Positions 1-11,226 of a stretch of 59,849 nucleotides of DNA are shown piece after piece. How positions within the stretch are numbered: the stretch's first letter is position 1; every line of letters begins with the position of its first letter. The translations under genes and the position numbers were made by a program. Origin of the DNA: Balamuthia mandrillaris (Eukaryota); assembly GCA_031835245.2 (NCBI GenBank), contig JAVKOQ020000003.1:496001-555849 (forward strand), in the 5' to 3' direction. The notes beneath the pieces are model-generated. The model made no database searches, was not told where the DNA came from, and was given only the letters and a program-made list of their open reading frames with translations.

Positions 1-752
1 CGTTCCCGTTGAGAAGCTTAAAGATGCCGACCAACAAACTCGAAATCATGTAATTTTGCTTTCTTCTACCTTCTCTTTGCTTTTTGATACTTACTGTTCT
101 TTTCTGCGCTCTCTCAAGGTGGCGTATCACATGCTGCGATTGAGCTTAAGAGAGTTGTTCGAGTTTTGTTTCATGCAAACCGATCCCAACTGGTCCAACT
201 TTTTGTGGGATGAAACAACCAACAAAGTACTCCCTTTCTTCTCTCTTTTCTCTCTATCTCCTCTCTTTTCTATCGCACTCTAACTTTCTAACAAACGAAA
301 ACAAGTTATGCCTTTTGGACTTTGGTGCAACCCGCGAATACTCCAAAACGTTCATCCACAACTACTTACGCGTGGTGCGCAGCGCCGCTCAACAAGACAA
401 GAACGGCATTCTCTCCGCTTCCACCGACCTAAAGTTTTTGACGGGAGAGGAGACGGCTCTCATGAACGAGGCCCACTGCTCCGCCGTCATGATCCTCGGC
501 GAGCCCTTTGCCGAGCGCGGCGTGTTTGACTTTGGCAAACAGAATGTGACGAAGCGGATTCATCAGCTGATCCCGACGATGCTGCAGCATCGGTTGACGC
601 CGCCGCCGACGGAGACCTACTCGCTGCATCGAAAGCTGTCGGGAGCGTTCTTGTTGTGCGCCAAGCTGGAGGCCAAGATCGAGTGCAAAGCCATGTTCGA
701 CGCCATTTGCGCGCGCGCAGAAGTTGCGTTAGCGGAGGAGAAGCAGAAGTAA
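1..752 (+). CDS. COQ8: ABC1/COQ8 (ADCK3/4) atypical kinase, 3' part (5'-truncated by window)
   Basis: Phase-consistent exons <1-49, 119-226, 306-752 with GT-AG introns. Motifs [23 protein letters not shown] and [24 protein letters not shown] are typical of COQ8/ABC1. Confidence 0.93.
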
Positions 753-880
753 AAAAGAACTTGAAAACTTTTTTCAGTTCATTTTTTTTTTCGAGATTTT
801 TATGAGAAAAAAGTTGGAAAGAAAAAGCGATTATAGCTTTGTTGTAGTTTTATTAATCGTCAAACACGGAAAGGAAAGAG

Positions 881-1760
881 ATGCAGCAAATGGATAGAAG
901 CAGAGCACAGCCGCTACCAAGCCCCTTTGATGCAACATGCTTCATAGGCAAAGGAGCGCTGAGCGAGGCGGAGTGTCTGGGGCTTATCGCTCGCATCGAG
1001 CAGCCGCTAAAAATCGACACGACCGCTTCCTCCGATGCGGATAACGTTCTTCGCGTTGTCGAACGAACCAGCTTGCAGGTTTGTCCGTGTTCTTCTTCCC
1101 TTCTCTTTCTGGTCTTCAAGAACACGAACAAATAAAAAAAAATTTTAAAAAAAGGATGAAGAACTGGCCAGCTTCTTGTTCGACCGCGTCTCTCCCTTTT
1201 GTCCTTCCGCATGGACGGTTTCCTCCGAGGACGAGCACTTGGGTCCGTTCTCCAAAGGAAGCTGGCGGATCGACAGCGTCGACGCCCGCATCCAACTCTA
1301 CCGCTATCATGCCCCTGAAGGTCTCTTCGGGCGCCACAGGGACAAACCGACCTTGCATTCCCTCCACAAGCGTTCTCTCTTCACGGTGCTCGTCTACTTG
1401 AACAACGACTACAAAGAAGGGCAAACGGTCGTCTATTCGGAAGGAGAAGACGAGGAAGAGAAATACTGTAAAGTGCCGAATGACGGCGTTGGCGATTGCT
1501 TTGTGATGTTGCAAAGAATGTTGCACGAAGGGAGTCGAGTGGAGGAAGGCACCAAGTATGCTTTGCGGTGTGATGTCTTGTACAGGAGAGAAGATGAAAA
1601 AGGAGTGGAAGACGTGGGGGAGGGGGAAGAGGATGAAAAGGAGAGAGCGAAAAAGTGGTTCCGATTGGCGAGTTGTTTAGAGTTGTCGGGAAAAATTGAG
1701 GAGAGCGTTGGGTATTATAGGAAAGCTTACAAACTTGACCCTGATCTTGTTGCTGAGTGA
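881..1760 (+). CDS. 2OG-Fe(II) dioxygenase (prolyl 4-hydroxylase-like) with C-terminal TPR-like helices
   Basis: Exons 881-1078 and 1155-1760. Motifs LSEAEC, RIQLYRY, HRD (HxD), FTVLVYLN, LHEGSRV and KYALRCDVLY. Tail ESVGYYRKAYKLDP is TPR-like. Confidence 0.85.
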
Positions 1761-1857
1761 AAATAAAAAGAAGAAAGAGAAACGAAGGAAAGAACGGAAG
1801 AAAGGAAGGTCTTTACTTACACAAAACAAAAATGTATCTTTCTGTTCCAAAATGATG

Positions 1858-4688
1858 TTAATGCTGTTGAGTTCCGCGAGTTGAGTTTGTTAGCGTCTTT
1901 TTCTTTCTCCAAGACGAAAACGAAGAAGGAGAAAGTGGTTGTCGATGCCGGCGTTGTTGTTGTTCTTTTTCTGCCTCTTGCTGTTGTCGCTGATTGCCTT
2001 CTTTGGTTGCTGTCGTTGTGGTTGTTCGACTTCTCCGTTTGAGCCAATATTTCTTGAAGAGATTGACATAAGCGATTTGGGCTGGATTTCGAAGAGTGTT
2101 TCCTGGCCGAGCTGCTCTTGTTAGGTTGATAGCATCATTGACGTTCATTCCAAGAGCCACTAACAAACTGACGACTACCATTGCGCTTCTCCCTTTTCCT
2201 CCGTTGCTATTTTGTTATTTTTTTAATAAAAAAAAAGAGGATTAGATGAAAGAAAGGAGAATAGAAGAGAGAGAGAGAAAGGGTGTACCAGTGAACAACG
2301 ATGCATTTTTCTTGTTTTACTTCTTCCATTAATAGCCGAACTAGTCGTATCAACATTTCCATTTCTCTTGGCAGCCATTTATCTTTTGGTTGCAGATGTA
2401 AAGAAGGGAGATGAACGCAGAAAGGAAGCGGAAGAGGAAATCGTACCAGTAATAGGAACCCAAATAGACTTGATGCCATGATTTTCCACTACTCTGAAAA
2501 AGTTGGTAATGCCCATAGCGTCCAGCTCTTTTTGTTGGACCAACGTTACCAGCACATCACATCCAAACTCTTCCTTCAACCGTTTCATATCTTTGTACAG
2601 ATCTCTTTGATGTCGCTTCTTGTTGCGACCTGGGCAACAACTTATTCCTACTTTTGCTTTGTTGTTCTTAAGTAATGAAGAAGATGCAGTAGGCGAAGTG
2701 GAAGAAACAAAAGTAGAAGAAGGAGAGGATGATGGCGATGGAATGGTTGAAGAGGGAGAAGCAGGCGACGAAGAATCATGAAGAGAAAGTCCGATGAGGC
2801 TTTTGAAGGCCGGAAGAAAGTCAACTTGATAAGGTTCAGAGTCCGAAGTGACGAGCTGTAAAGGAGTGGAAGAGATGTGCTTATTGCTGGAGAGTTCCAT
2901 TTGTCGCAGCTGTTTGTGCCGTTGATAGTCTGCGCAGTGCATCAGAAGTTCTCTAGTGGCAGTAGACTTGGCCAAATCGGCTGGTCTGCGTCCATATTGG
3001 TCTGTTGTTTTCCAGCAAAAGGGTGAAGAGAGAAGTGAGAAAAATAACTAATGGGGAAACAAAGACAAGAGAAAAAGGAAAAAAAGCACAAGGACAAGGA
3101 TAACGCGACAGAAGAAGAAGAGAACGAGAACGAGAACGAGAATATGAACAAAGCAAGGAAAAATGCACCAGTGCTAAGCACAGAAGCTCCACTTTTAACA
3201 AGCAACGTAACAAGCTCCAAAGAATCCGCCAACAAAGCTATACTCAACGCCGTAAATCCGCTGTCATCCGCTTTGTTTACATCAGCTCCAGCCTCCAACA
3301 GAAGAGAGGTCGTTTCCAAGTGACCTTGCTCTACAGCTGCGTGAAGGGCGGTCGCTCCAATCATGTTAGCTTTGTTCACGTCAGCTCCGCTCTCTAAAAG
3401 TGATTTAACGACTTGAGTTTGTCCTGTGTAAGAGGCCAAACTCAGTGGTGTTATCCCGGTTACGTCTCCCTTGTCCACCTGTTATTGTTTGTTGGCAATG
3501 AGAAGAGAGAAACGAGAAAAGAGTGAAGGAGAGAGTAAGAGAATTGAATAGTGAAAAGAGAACGATAGGCAGAGATGAAAGCATTGAGGAGAGAAGGGAA
3601 AGGAAGAAAGAACAAACAAGGACGCCAGGATGAGCAAGCAGCAGAGCTACGGAGTCTTCTTGGCGGTTCTGTACAGCAACATAGAGAGCCGTTCTGCCAA
3701 CTTTGTCCTGTTCATTTACACCAATGTCCTCTGTCGTTGATTTTGTGTGTCCGAAAGCACGAAAATAAGATAACAAAGAACGAAATAAAGAAAGAGCAAG
3801 AGAAAAGAGAAAGAGAAAGAGAAAAAGAAAGCATCAAGAGAATAGAGAGCCGAGAGGAATAGAGAGGAAGAGTAACGCGAGAGAGAGGAAGACAAAAAGG
3901 AGAGAGAGAAGCCATACCACACTGCAAAAGTTTAGACAGTATTTGGGGTTCCGCCTCTCTAACGACCACCAACAACAACGGCTCGACCTCTCCTCCGCCT
4001 CCCTCTGCCTCTTCTGCCTCTTTCTTCCTCCGCTCCGCAGCGGCTTTGTAAATGGCGAGTCCAAACCTTCTCAGCAGCCCCTCCATTTGCGTGGCCCTCT
4101 TTCCGGCCAGCACTTCCGTCCTTCTGTTTCGTGCCAGCCTCTCTTCATGTTCTTCCTTCTTTGCTTCTTCCCCTTCTTCTTTCTCTTTTTTGTCCTTTAC
4201 TTCCTTCTCCTCCTCCTCCTCCTCCTCCTCCTCCTTCTTCTCCATCTCCGTCTCCTTCTCCTTCCCCGTCTCCTTCTCTCCTTCTCCTTCTCCGTCTCCT
4301 CCTCCTTCTCCATCTCCTTCTTCTTCTCCTTCTCCTTCTCCTTCTCCTCCTTCTCCTCCTTCTCCTCCTTTTCCTCCTCTGCTTCTCCTTCTTCCATTTG
4401 TTTTCCTCTGCTGCTGCATAGACTCAGAAATGATCGAATGTCCTCTTCCGTGATGTTCTCCTCCGCTTGTGCTACTTTGTCTGCTGCCTCTTTGGTGGTG
4501 GTGGTGGAGTTGGACCGGCTGAGTGCCAACAAGTTTTCAGTGTGGCTCCTTTGGCTCCTTGGGGAGAGCTTCCAGTTTGAAGGGAGGAGGGAAGAAGCAG
4601 AAGGGGGAGAAGACTGCGAGGATGCAGTTGAGGCTTCCGGTAGGCTTTCTTCTTTTTGTTTGTCTTCATCACCTTCCGCTTCTTCTTC

Positions 4689-4720
<32 letters not shown>

Positions 4721-4991
4721 CTTCTTCTTCTTCTTCTTCTTCTTCTTCTTCTTCTGGTTCTGTGGTTGTTTCTTGATTCACTCCCTCTGCTTCCTCTTTC
4801 TCAAATGCTCCTTCTGCTTCTTTTTCTTCCTCCGCCGCCCTGCCTTCTTGTGTCATGTGTTCATTGTTGGTGAGCACGTCATCTCCGAGCGAGTCTTCTT
4901 TTGCAGGCGGAGCGTGTGTGGTTTTAGAAGCCAACTCAGAGCACGAAGAGGGGCAAGAAGCATCTGCAGCAGCATGCGCCTCTTCTTGCAT
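1858..4991 (-). CDS. Acidic N-terminus + ankyrin repeats + CDKN3/KAP-like dual-specificity phosphatase
   Basis: Ankyrin motifs GRTALYVA, GITPLSLA, GATALHAA, GFTALSIA. Phosphatase CCPGRNKKRHQRDLYKDMKRLK...DVLVTLV and spliced CX5R motif VVHC|NGGKGRS. Start is approximate and there is an apparent frameshift near 4280. Confidence 0.8.
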
Positions 4992-5253
4992 CTTTTTTTT
5001 GACTTTCTTTTTCCAGATCTCTTTTTCGTGTCGTCATGGAATGCCCGCCTACTGTTCGATGCCCACTGCAGACAATTTAATTTTTTGCCAAAATGCACGA
5101 AATTTCATCTTGAAATTTCTATTACGCCGGTTCGGAAAATTACTTTAAAAGGATAAAATCGATAAAAAATAAATAAAAAGGCGAAAACAAAAACCATTAA
5201 AAAAAAAAACGAAAGAGGGAAGGGGCCTAAACAGGGCGTTGCATTTTTGCCTC

Positions 5254-6940
5254 ATGGAAGAACCGCGCGTAGTGGCTGGGACCACCATCATACTGGCCAC
5301 CCAGTCCAAGGAAGAAGAACGTCAGTTAAAGGTTTGCTTGATTCCTGTTTGCTTCCGTACTTTTATTTACGTTTGTTCAAACGAACAACGAACAGATTTT
5401 CACCAACTGGACAAACTTTATTCTCGCCAGAAGGGGCCTCAAGGTCAACAGCATCGCCACCGATACCGACGACGGCATCATCCTGATCGTCCTCTATGAG
5501 ATCCTCACCGAGGATAAGCTGCTCTCCAAGTTCCACCGCCAACCCAAGCTGCTTGCCCAAAAGGTGAACAACGTGACCGTCGCGCTGCAAGCCTTCAAAC
5601 AGGCGGGAGTGCCCGTCACATGCTCCGCCACGGACATTATATGCAGGAGGGTCAAGTCCATACTGGGGTTGTTCTGGGTGCTGATAGCAAAATTCCAGCT
5701 GGGCAAATATGTGGCCGGGCAAACGGATTCTCTGGAGGCCAAACAGCTGCAAGAGGAACTCGTGGCTATAGGAATGGAAACGTCAACGATGATGGAGAGC
5801 GGAAGTCGAGAGAGAGCAAGAGAGGAGGAGGAGGTAGAGGAGAGAAGGAGAAGGGAGGAGGAATTGGAGAGGAGGATCAGAGAGGAGGAAGTGGAGATAG
5901 AGAGGAGAAGAAAAGAAGAGGAGGAGAGAAGGAGACGCTTGGAGGAGGAGAGGGAAAGAGAGCAACAAAGAAAGTTACAAGAGGAGGCGGAGGAGCTTCG
6001 TCGCATGTTGGCTGAACAAGAGCGTCTCCGTCGCGAGGAGACGGAGCGTCTTCGGGCAGAGGCCGTCGTCACCTGGAAGAGCAAAGCAGAGAGGCTGAGG
6101 CTCGTCATCGTCTGGAGATAGAGAGGCTGCGCTTGGCTCAGCTACAGCTCAACGAGAAGCAGTTGAGGGAGGAGGGAGAGCCGGGTGTGAAGACCTTCAT
6201 TGTGCGAGAGGCCAACAAGGAAGAAGCAGAGGAGCTCTGCGAGATCTGCGAGCTGGCTTTGTCCTCAGGCAGGATCGTGCTGGTGGACGACAAAGATATG
6301 TACCACCTGAACTGCTTCGTGTGCACGCAGTGTGGCTGCACGTTTCACGAGTTCTATTGGGAATGGGAGGGAAAGCCGCTCTGTAGGCCACATTATTTAG
6401 TGGCTGCTGGTCTGGTTTGCGCCAAGTGTGGAGATACGATCGGTTTGTTGGTTTGGCAATTTTCTGTTTTTTGGTTGTTTGTGTTGTGGTTTCGTTAACG
6501 TTATATCAAAAAGGAGGAGGCAAAGTGATAGCAGCAATGGGAAAAAAGTGGCATCCGACTTGCTTTACCTGCACCGTGTGTGATTGTACTTTCAGTGAAG
6601 GGCATTACACTCACGAAGTAATCCTTTCCTCTTGTTCTCACTCTCTCTCCTGGTCCTCTTAAAGATGAAGACACTTACGAGCTCGAACAAACAAAAGGGG
6701 CTTCCTTATTGTAAGTCGCATTACATGGAGGTCAAAGGGTTGCTCTGCGCTCGGTGTGGAGGTGCATTGGGCAGCGGCGATACCAAAGCGTTGGGCAAGG
6801 GTTGGCATCGTGGCTGCTTCGTATGCGACGTGTGTGAAGGTCCGTTCGGGGCGGAGGGCTTCTTCGAGTGGAACGGAAAGCCCGTCTGCAAGACCGACTA
6901 TAGAAAATTGAAACTGAAGATGGTGGCCACCAGACGATGA
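5254..6940 (+). CDS. Calponin-homology + coiled-coil + three LIM domain protein (ChLim-like)
   Basis: CH domain IFTNWTN...DGIILIVLYEIL...ILGLFWVLI, an E/R-rich coiled coil, then three CxxC..HxxCxxCxxC..CxxH/D LIM repeats. Apparent 1-nt deletion near 6063. Confidence 0.85.
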
Positions 6941-6953
6941 TTGATGATGATTA

Positions 6954-8283
6954 CTATTGAAACAGTCCTTCCGTGTTATATATATGAAGAGGGTCTACAG
7001 ATTGGTCTTCTTCTTCTCCTTCTCCTTCCTCTTTGTGCTTCTTTTTCGTTCTGCCAAAAAGCTCTTCCAAACGAGTTCTGTTACTTTCATCCTTTATCGT
7101 GTCTTTCTTCACGAACACTTCCAAAAGGACGTTCATGTCTGTTGGAAGGCGTGACTCTTGAGTGCGGTCTCCTTTTTCTTCTTTGTTGATCATGGTAATT
7201 GAAGGAAGAGGGTATGCCTCCACGGAAACATCTATGTCCACCTCCCACCGTTCCATACCGATACTATCCATTTCTTTTCGCAGCTGTGCATGATGACCTG
7301 TGATATTTTGTCAGTAAAAAGTTGCCACTTCAGTTTCATTCCTCCTTTCTCATCGTTCTCTTTTGTTCTCTCGCTAACCACTTCTATGATCTTACGTGCC
7401 ATAAACCCGCTCGTGAAACGCAAGAATAAAGACAGCCCACGGATCGCTCTTGCTCAGTAAACGCTGCACAGTGCAGCCAAGACCTTCAAAGTCTGTCATG
7501 TGATAGATAATATCAGCTGCAACGATGACCTGGAATCCTCCATCACTTACTGCCTCCTCCTCTCTCCTTTCCTCTGTTTGCTCTCGAAGAAGTTTCTCTA
7601 TGGCCTCTTCCTCTCCCCAAACGAGTTGCAGTGCGTGCAGCGATTGTGGTTCCGTTTCTGTCAGTTCCTTCTCTTTCCTTTGTGCTCGCCAACATGTTAG
7701 GTTGAGGTCGATGTTGTGTTTAAGCAAAGGCAAGACTGTGGTGTCCGCATCTGTCATCACCACTTTGGTTGCTCCTAGGGCTCCACAGACGAGACCCACT
7801 AATCCCGTTCCACAACCGAGCTCTACCACAGTTCTATTGTTTTCCCAGGAAAGTGAGCAATTCATTCAACAACGAATGACATTCCAGTTAACAAACGACA
7901 TAAAAAGAAGAAGAAGAAGCAAAAGAAGAGGAAGAACAATGAGAAGAAGAAGAACAAGAACAAGAAGAAGAAAAACAAGAAGAACAAGAACAAGAAGAAC
8001 AATAAGAAGAAACAGAAGAACAAAACAACAAAATCAGAACGAAAGGAACAACAATGAAACAAAAGAAGTAGCACAACACAAAACTGTAACAGCTTTACTT
8101 GCGTTGGATCAAGTGAGGCTTGCCGACCAAGTAGTGCGTCAAAATGCTGGCGGAAGGCCAGAGGACATGGCTGGTGGGACAAAAAGAGGACTGATATTCC
8201 TTTCTCACAGCCGCGCTGAGGCGCTTGCTGTCCACACTCACGCGAACGTTCCTCTCCGGCCACTCCACCGTGGTTCTTTGCAT
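6954..8283 (-). CDS. Seven-beta-strand protein methyltransferase (METTL21/Methyltransf_16 family)
   Basis: Motifs HVLWPSASIL, VVELGCGTGLVG, VVMTD, LVWG and IVAADIIY across three exons. Confidence 0.87.
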
Positions 8284-8720
8284 CTCTCTCTCGTCTCTCT
8301 CTTGTCTCTCTCTACCCTTTTGACTCCCGTTACCCCGTTTAAGGTAGAGGCCTTAAATTTCTATTGCGTATTATGGCGTTCACTCCTTGAAATACGTGGC
8401 ATGCTTGGCATTCTTTCAAAAAAGGTGTTGAATTTTTGTCGACAAGAAAGATCTCCACCATAATGTCTTTATATGGTAAAAGTAAAAGCTCATCTTTGAT
8501 TGTTGATTGGTGATTTGATATTTTACGGAATAATGCCCGAACGAATTTCAGGAATGTGGGTCGTTCCGTAAATTTACCTTTAAACGGAAATGAAAAGGCA
8601 ATCAATAGACTAAAATTGAATGCTTGGCAGGTAACGCTGACTTTACCCGCACGAGATTATTCTGGCATTTTCAAACCCAGCGTAACTGCTGAACAACAGA
8701 GCTTGAACTTTGGAACTACC

Positions 8721-9692
8721 ATGGCTCTTGCGGCCTCTGTAAACACCATGCTGGTGTTCTTGGTGGGAGTGGCCGTGGGGCTCACCGTCGGCTACTTCAC
8801 TGGAACCACCACCACCATTCATCAGACCCAACTTTCAACCTCTTCCGCGTCCTCTTCTTCTGCTGCGTCTTCGCTTGCTTCCCCTTTTTCACCTTCTTTT
8901 GCTTCCGACGACGCCAAAACAAAGCTCCTTCAGTTTCAAGCGGTAGGACCAACAGAGCTAAGAAGGAAGGTCTCCATTGTAACAGAACTTCAAACCTACC
9001 TTGACGACTATCGCGGCCGACCTTCCCTTCCTTCCCCTTCTTCCACTGCTCCGAAAGTTTTTGGTCTGGGCCTCTCCAAAACCGGAACTACTTCTGTAAA
9101 AGAAGCACTTCGTCTTCTAGGGATAGACTGCAACAAAGAAGTCAACATCATGAACGATTTTTTGCTGGAAACCTTTCTTTCTGCTTCTTGGAATAAAAGA
9201 GACAGCGTCAGCGTGGACATTGTGCGGCGTTACGACGACATGGCCTCCGTGGTGGACCTGCCATTGCCTTACTTCTTCGAGGAACTGGCTCAGCTCTACC
9301 CGGACGCCAAGTTCATCCTCACCGTTCGTGACCCTGCCTCCTGGTGGCTCTCCTTCAAAGACCACATGGAGCGCAACCACGACAAGAACAGAGCTGAAAG
9401 GGAGAACCAAGCAAACCAAGTGAGGAGAGCTTTGAGGACATTGCACTATGGAGGGGAGAGCCCTTCTCAGTACGTTGCAGTAAAGTCCTTCTTGCGGCAC
9501 AACAAGCTGGTGCAGGCCATCATCCCTCCCGAGAGGTTGTTGGTGTTGGATGTTACCAAGGCAAGCGGCGAAGAGGACGCTTTGTGGGAGTTGTTGTGCG
9601 ACTTTCTGGGGGTGGCTGAGGGGGAGTGTCCAATGGACCAGGACTTCCCTCATGCCAACAAGAAGCCCTTATATCAGCAATGGCAGTGGTAG
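8721..9692 (+). CDS. Membrane-anchored P-loop sulfotransferase (Sulfotransfer_4-like), copy 1, intronless
   Basis: N-terminal TM segment. Motifs KVFGLGLSKTGTTS, DLP...YPDAKFILTVRD...WWLS, HNKLVQAIIPPERLLVLD and FPHAN. Confidence 0.85.
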   Translation: MALAASVNTMLVFLVGVAVGLTVGYFTGTTTTIHQTQLSTSSASSSSAASSLASPFSPSFASDDAKTKLLQFQAVGPTELRRKVSIVTELQTYLDDYRGRPSLPSPSSTAPKVFGLGLSKTGTTSVKEALRLLGIDCNKEVNIMNDFLLETFLSASWNKRDSVSVDIVRRYDDMASVVDLPLPYFFEELAQLYPDAKFILTVRDPASWWLSFKDHMERNHDKNRAERENQANQVRRALRTLHYGGESPSQYVAVKSFLRHNKLVQAIIPPERLLVLDVTKASGEEDALWELLCDFLGVAEGECPMDQDFPHANKKPLYQQWQW

Positions 9693-9824
9693 CCGCGATT
9701 GCACGTGTAATCATAAAAGAAAAATTCGAAAAGGATTAAAGGAATTGTATAATTGCACCTTGCTATTGCTCTCTTTCCGTTTCGATGGTTGTTGTTGGCA
9801 AGCCTCGCAACATGAGAACGAACC

Positions 9825-10796
9825 ATGCCGCTCTCCGCCTCAGCTAACACCATTTTCGTGTTCCTACTCGGCCTCACCTTTGGTCTTACCATTGGCATCT
9901 TCTCTGGAACCGCTCATCAGAATGCGTTGGCTCCTACCTCCAGCGAAGGTCAACAGAGACTGCTCGAGTTTCAGTGGACGGGACCCACAGAACTGAGGCG
10001 AAAGGTCTCCATTGTCACAGAGCTACAAAACTACCTTGACGAGTTTAGAGGCCGTCCTTCTTTACCTTTTCCTCTCCCATCCCTGCCCTCTCCCTACTAT
10101 CCCTTTTCAGCCCCCGTCACCTTGTCCACTAGAGCTGTTCCAAAAGTTTTTGGTTTAGGGCTGTCCAAAACCGGAACAACATCTCTAAAAGAAGCACTTC
10201 GACTTCTCGGTATTGATTGCTACAAAGATACCAACCTCATGAACGACATCCTCCAGCAATCCTTCGCTGACGAGCCTGACGAGCCTTACAGCGTGGACAT
10301 TGTGCGTCGCTATGATGACAAGACCTCGGTGACGGACCTACCATTGCCTTACTTCTTCGAGGAGGTGGCCCACCTCTATCCAGATGCCAAGTTCATCCTC
10401 ACCGTTCGCGAACCTGCCTCCTGGTGGCTCTCCTTCAAAGCACACATGGAACGCAACGACAAGAGCAGAACAAGCCAAGTCCGAAACACTTTGAGGGCAT
10501 TGCACTACGGAGGAGAGAGGCCCTCTCAGTACGTTGCAGTAAAGGCCTTCTTGCGGCACAACAAGCTGGTGCAAGCCCTCATCCCTCCTGAGAGGTTATT
10601 GGTGTTGGACATCATGACAGAGAGCGATGAAACGCTGTTTAGGAGGCTTTGCGAGTTTGTGGGCGTGGCAGCAAAGGAGTGCCCTTCAGACCAGGAATTC
10701 CCGCATGCGAATAAGATACCCTCCTTTCAGCTGGGGAAGAAGAAGCATGGACAGAAATCCAATGGAGCAGAGACCCATCCGCCTTTTTCTATGTAA
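9825..10796 (+). CDS. Membrane-anchored P-loop sulfotransferase, copy 2 (tandem paralog), intronless
   Basis: Same motifs as copy 1, with long near-identical peptide blocks. Confidence 0.85.
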   Translation: MPLSASANTIFVFLLGLTFGLTIGIFSGTAHQNALAPTSSEGQQRLLEFQWTGPTELRRKVSIVTELQNYLDEFRGRPSLPFPLPSLPSPYYPFSAPVTLSTRAVPKVFGLGLSKTGTTSLKEALRLLGIDCYKDTNLMNDILQQSFADEPDEPYSVDIVRRYDDKTSVTDLPLPYFFEEVAHLYPDAKFILTVREPASWWLSFKAHMERNDKSRTSQVRNTLRALHYGGERPSQYVAVKAFLRHNKLVQALIPPERLLVLDIMTESDETLFRRLCEFVGVAAKECPSDQEFPHANKIPSFQLGKKKHGQKSNGAETHPPFSM

Positions 10797-11226
10797 TAAC
10801 AGCAGCAGAGGAGTTTGTGTAAGATGAGAGATATGTAAAAGTGTCTTAGAGAGAAGCAGCTTTTATTGCTCAAGCCACCTGGACGGTCCTTTTTCCTCTG
10901 ACAACAGGTTGAAGGAATGACTAACATCCAGAGGTGGCATAATGACATTGACGGAAGGAATACAGAGCAACAACCGAAGCACGTCGAGACAAGGAAACAA
11001 GCTCTCCACCGAGGGTCCTTCGATCAGTTTTCTCATCAATGCACAACGGCTGTTCTGCGCTCTTCAAACGAATGGCTGCTCTTCCCGCAGCAGCACTTAT
11101 AGCCTTCAACGACTTTATGGTCTAATAATGAACCAGGCACAATTACTGTCGACAATTGTGTCTGTAACGTCGACGTGAAAGATAATATATGTCGACATCA
11201 GCAAAGAAAAAACCCTATTGTTGGAG

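Noticed and set aside
881..1760. 2OG-Fe(II) gene as a TET/JBP or AlkB partner of the DNMT
   Set aside because: Its motifs (TVLVYLN, GQT, LHEG, KY.LR.D) are prolyl-hydroxylase-like, and it lies 13 kb away in a eukaryote without operons.
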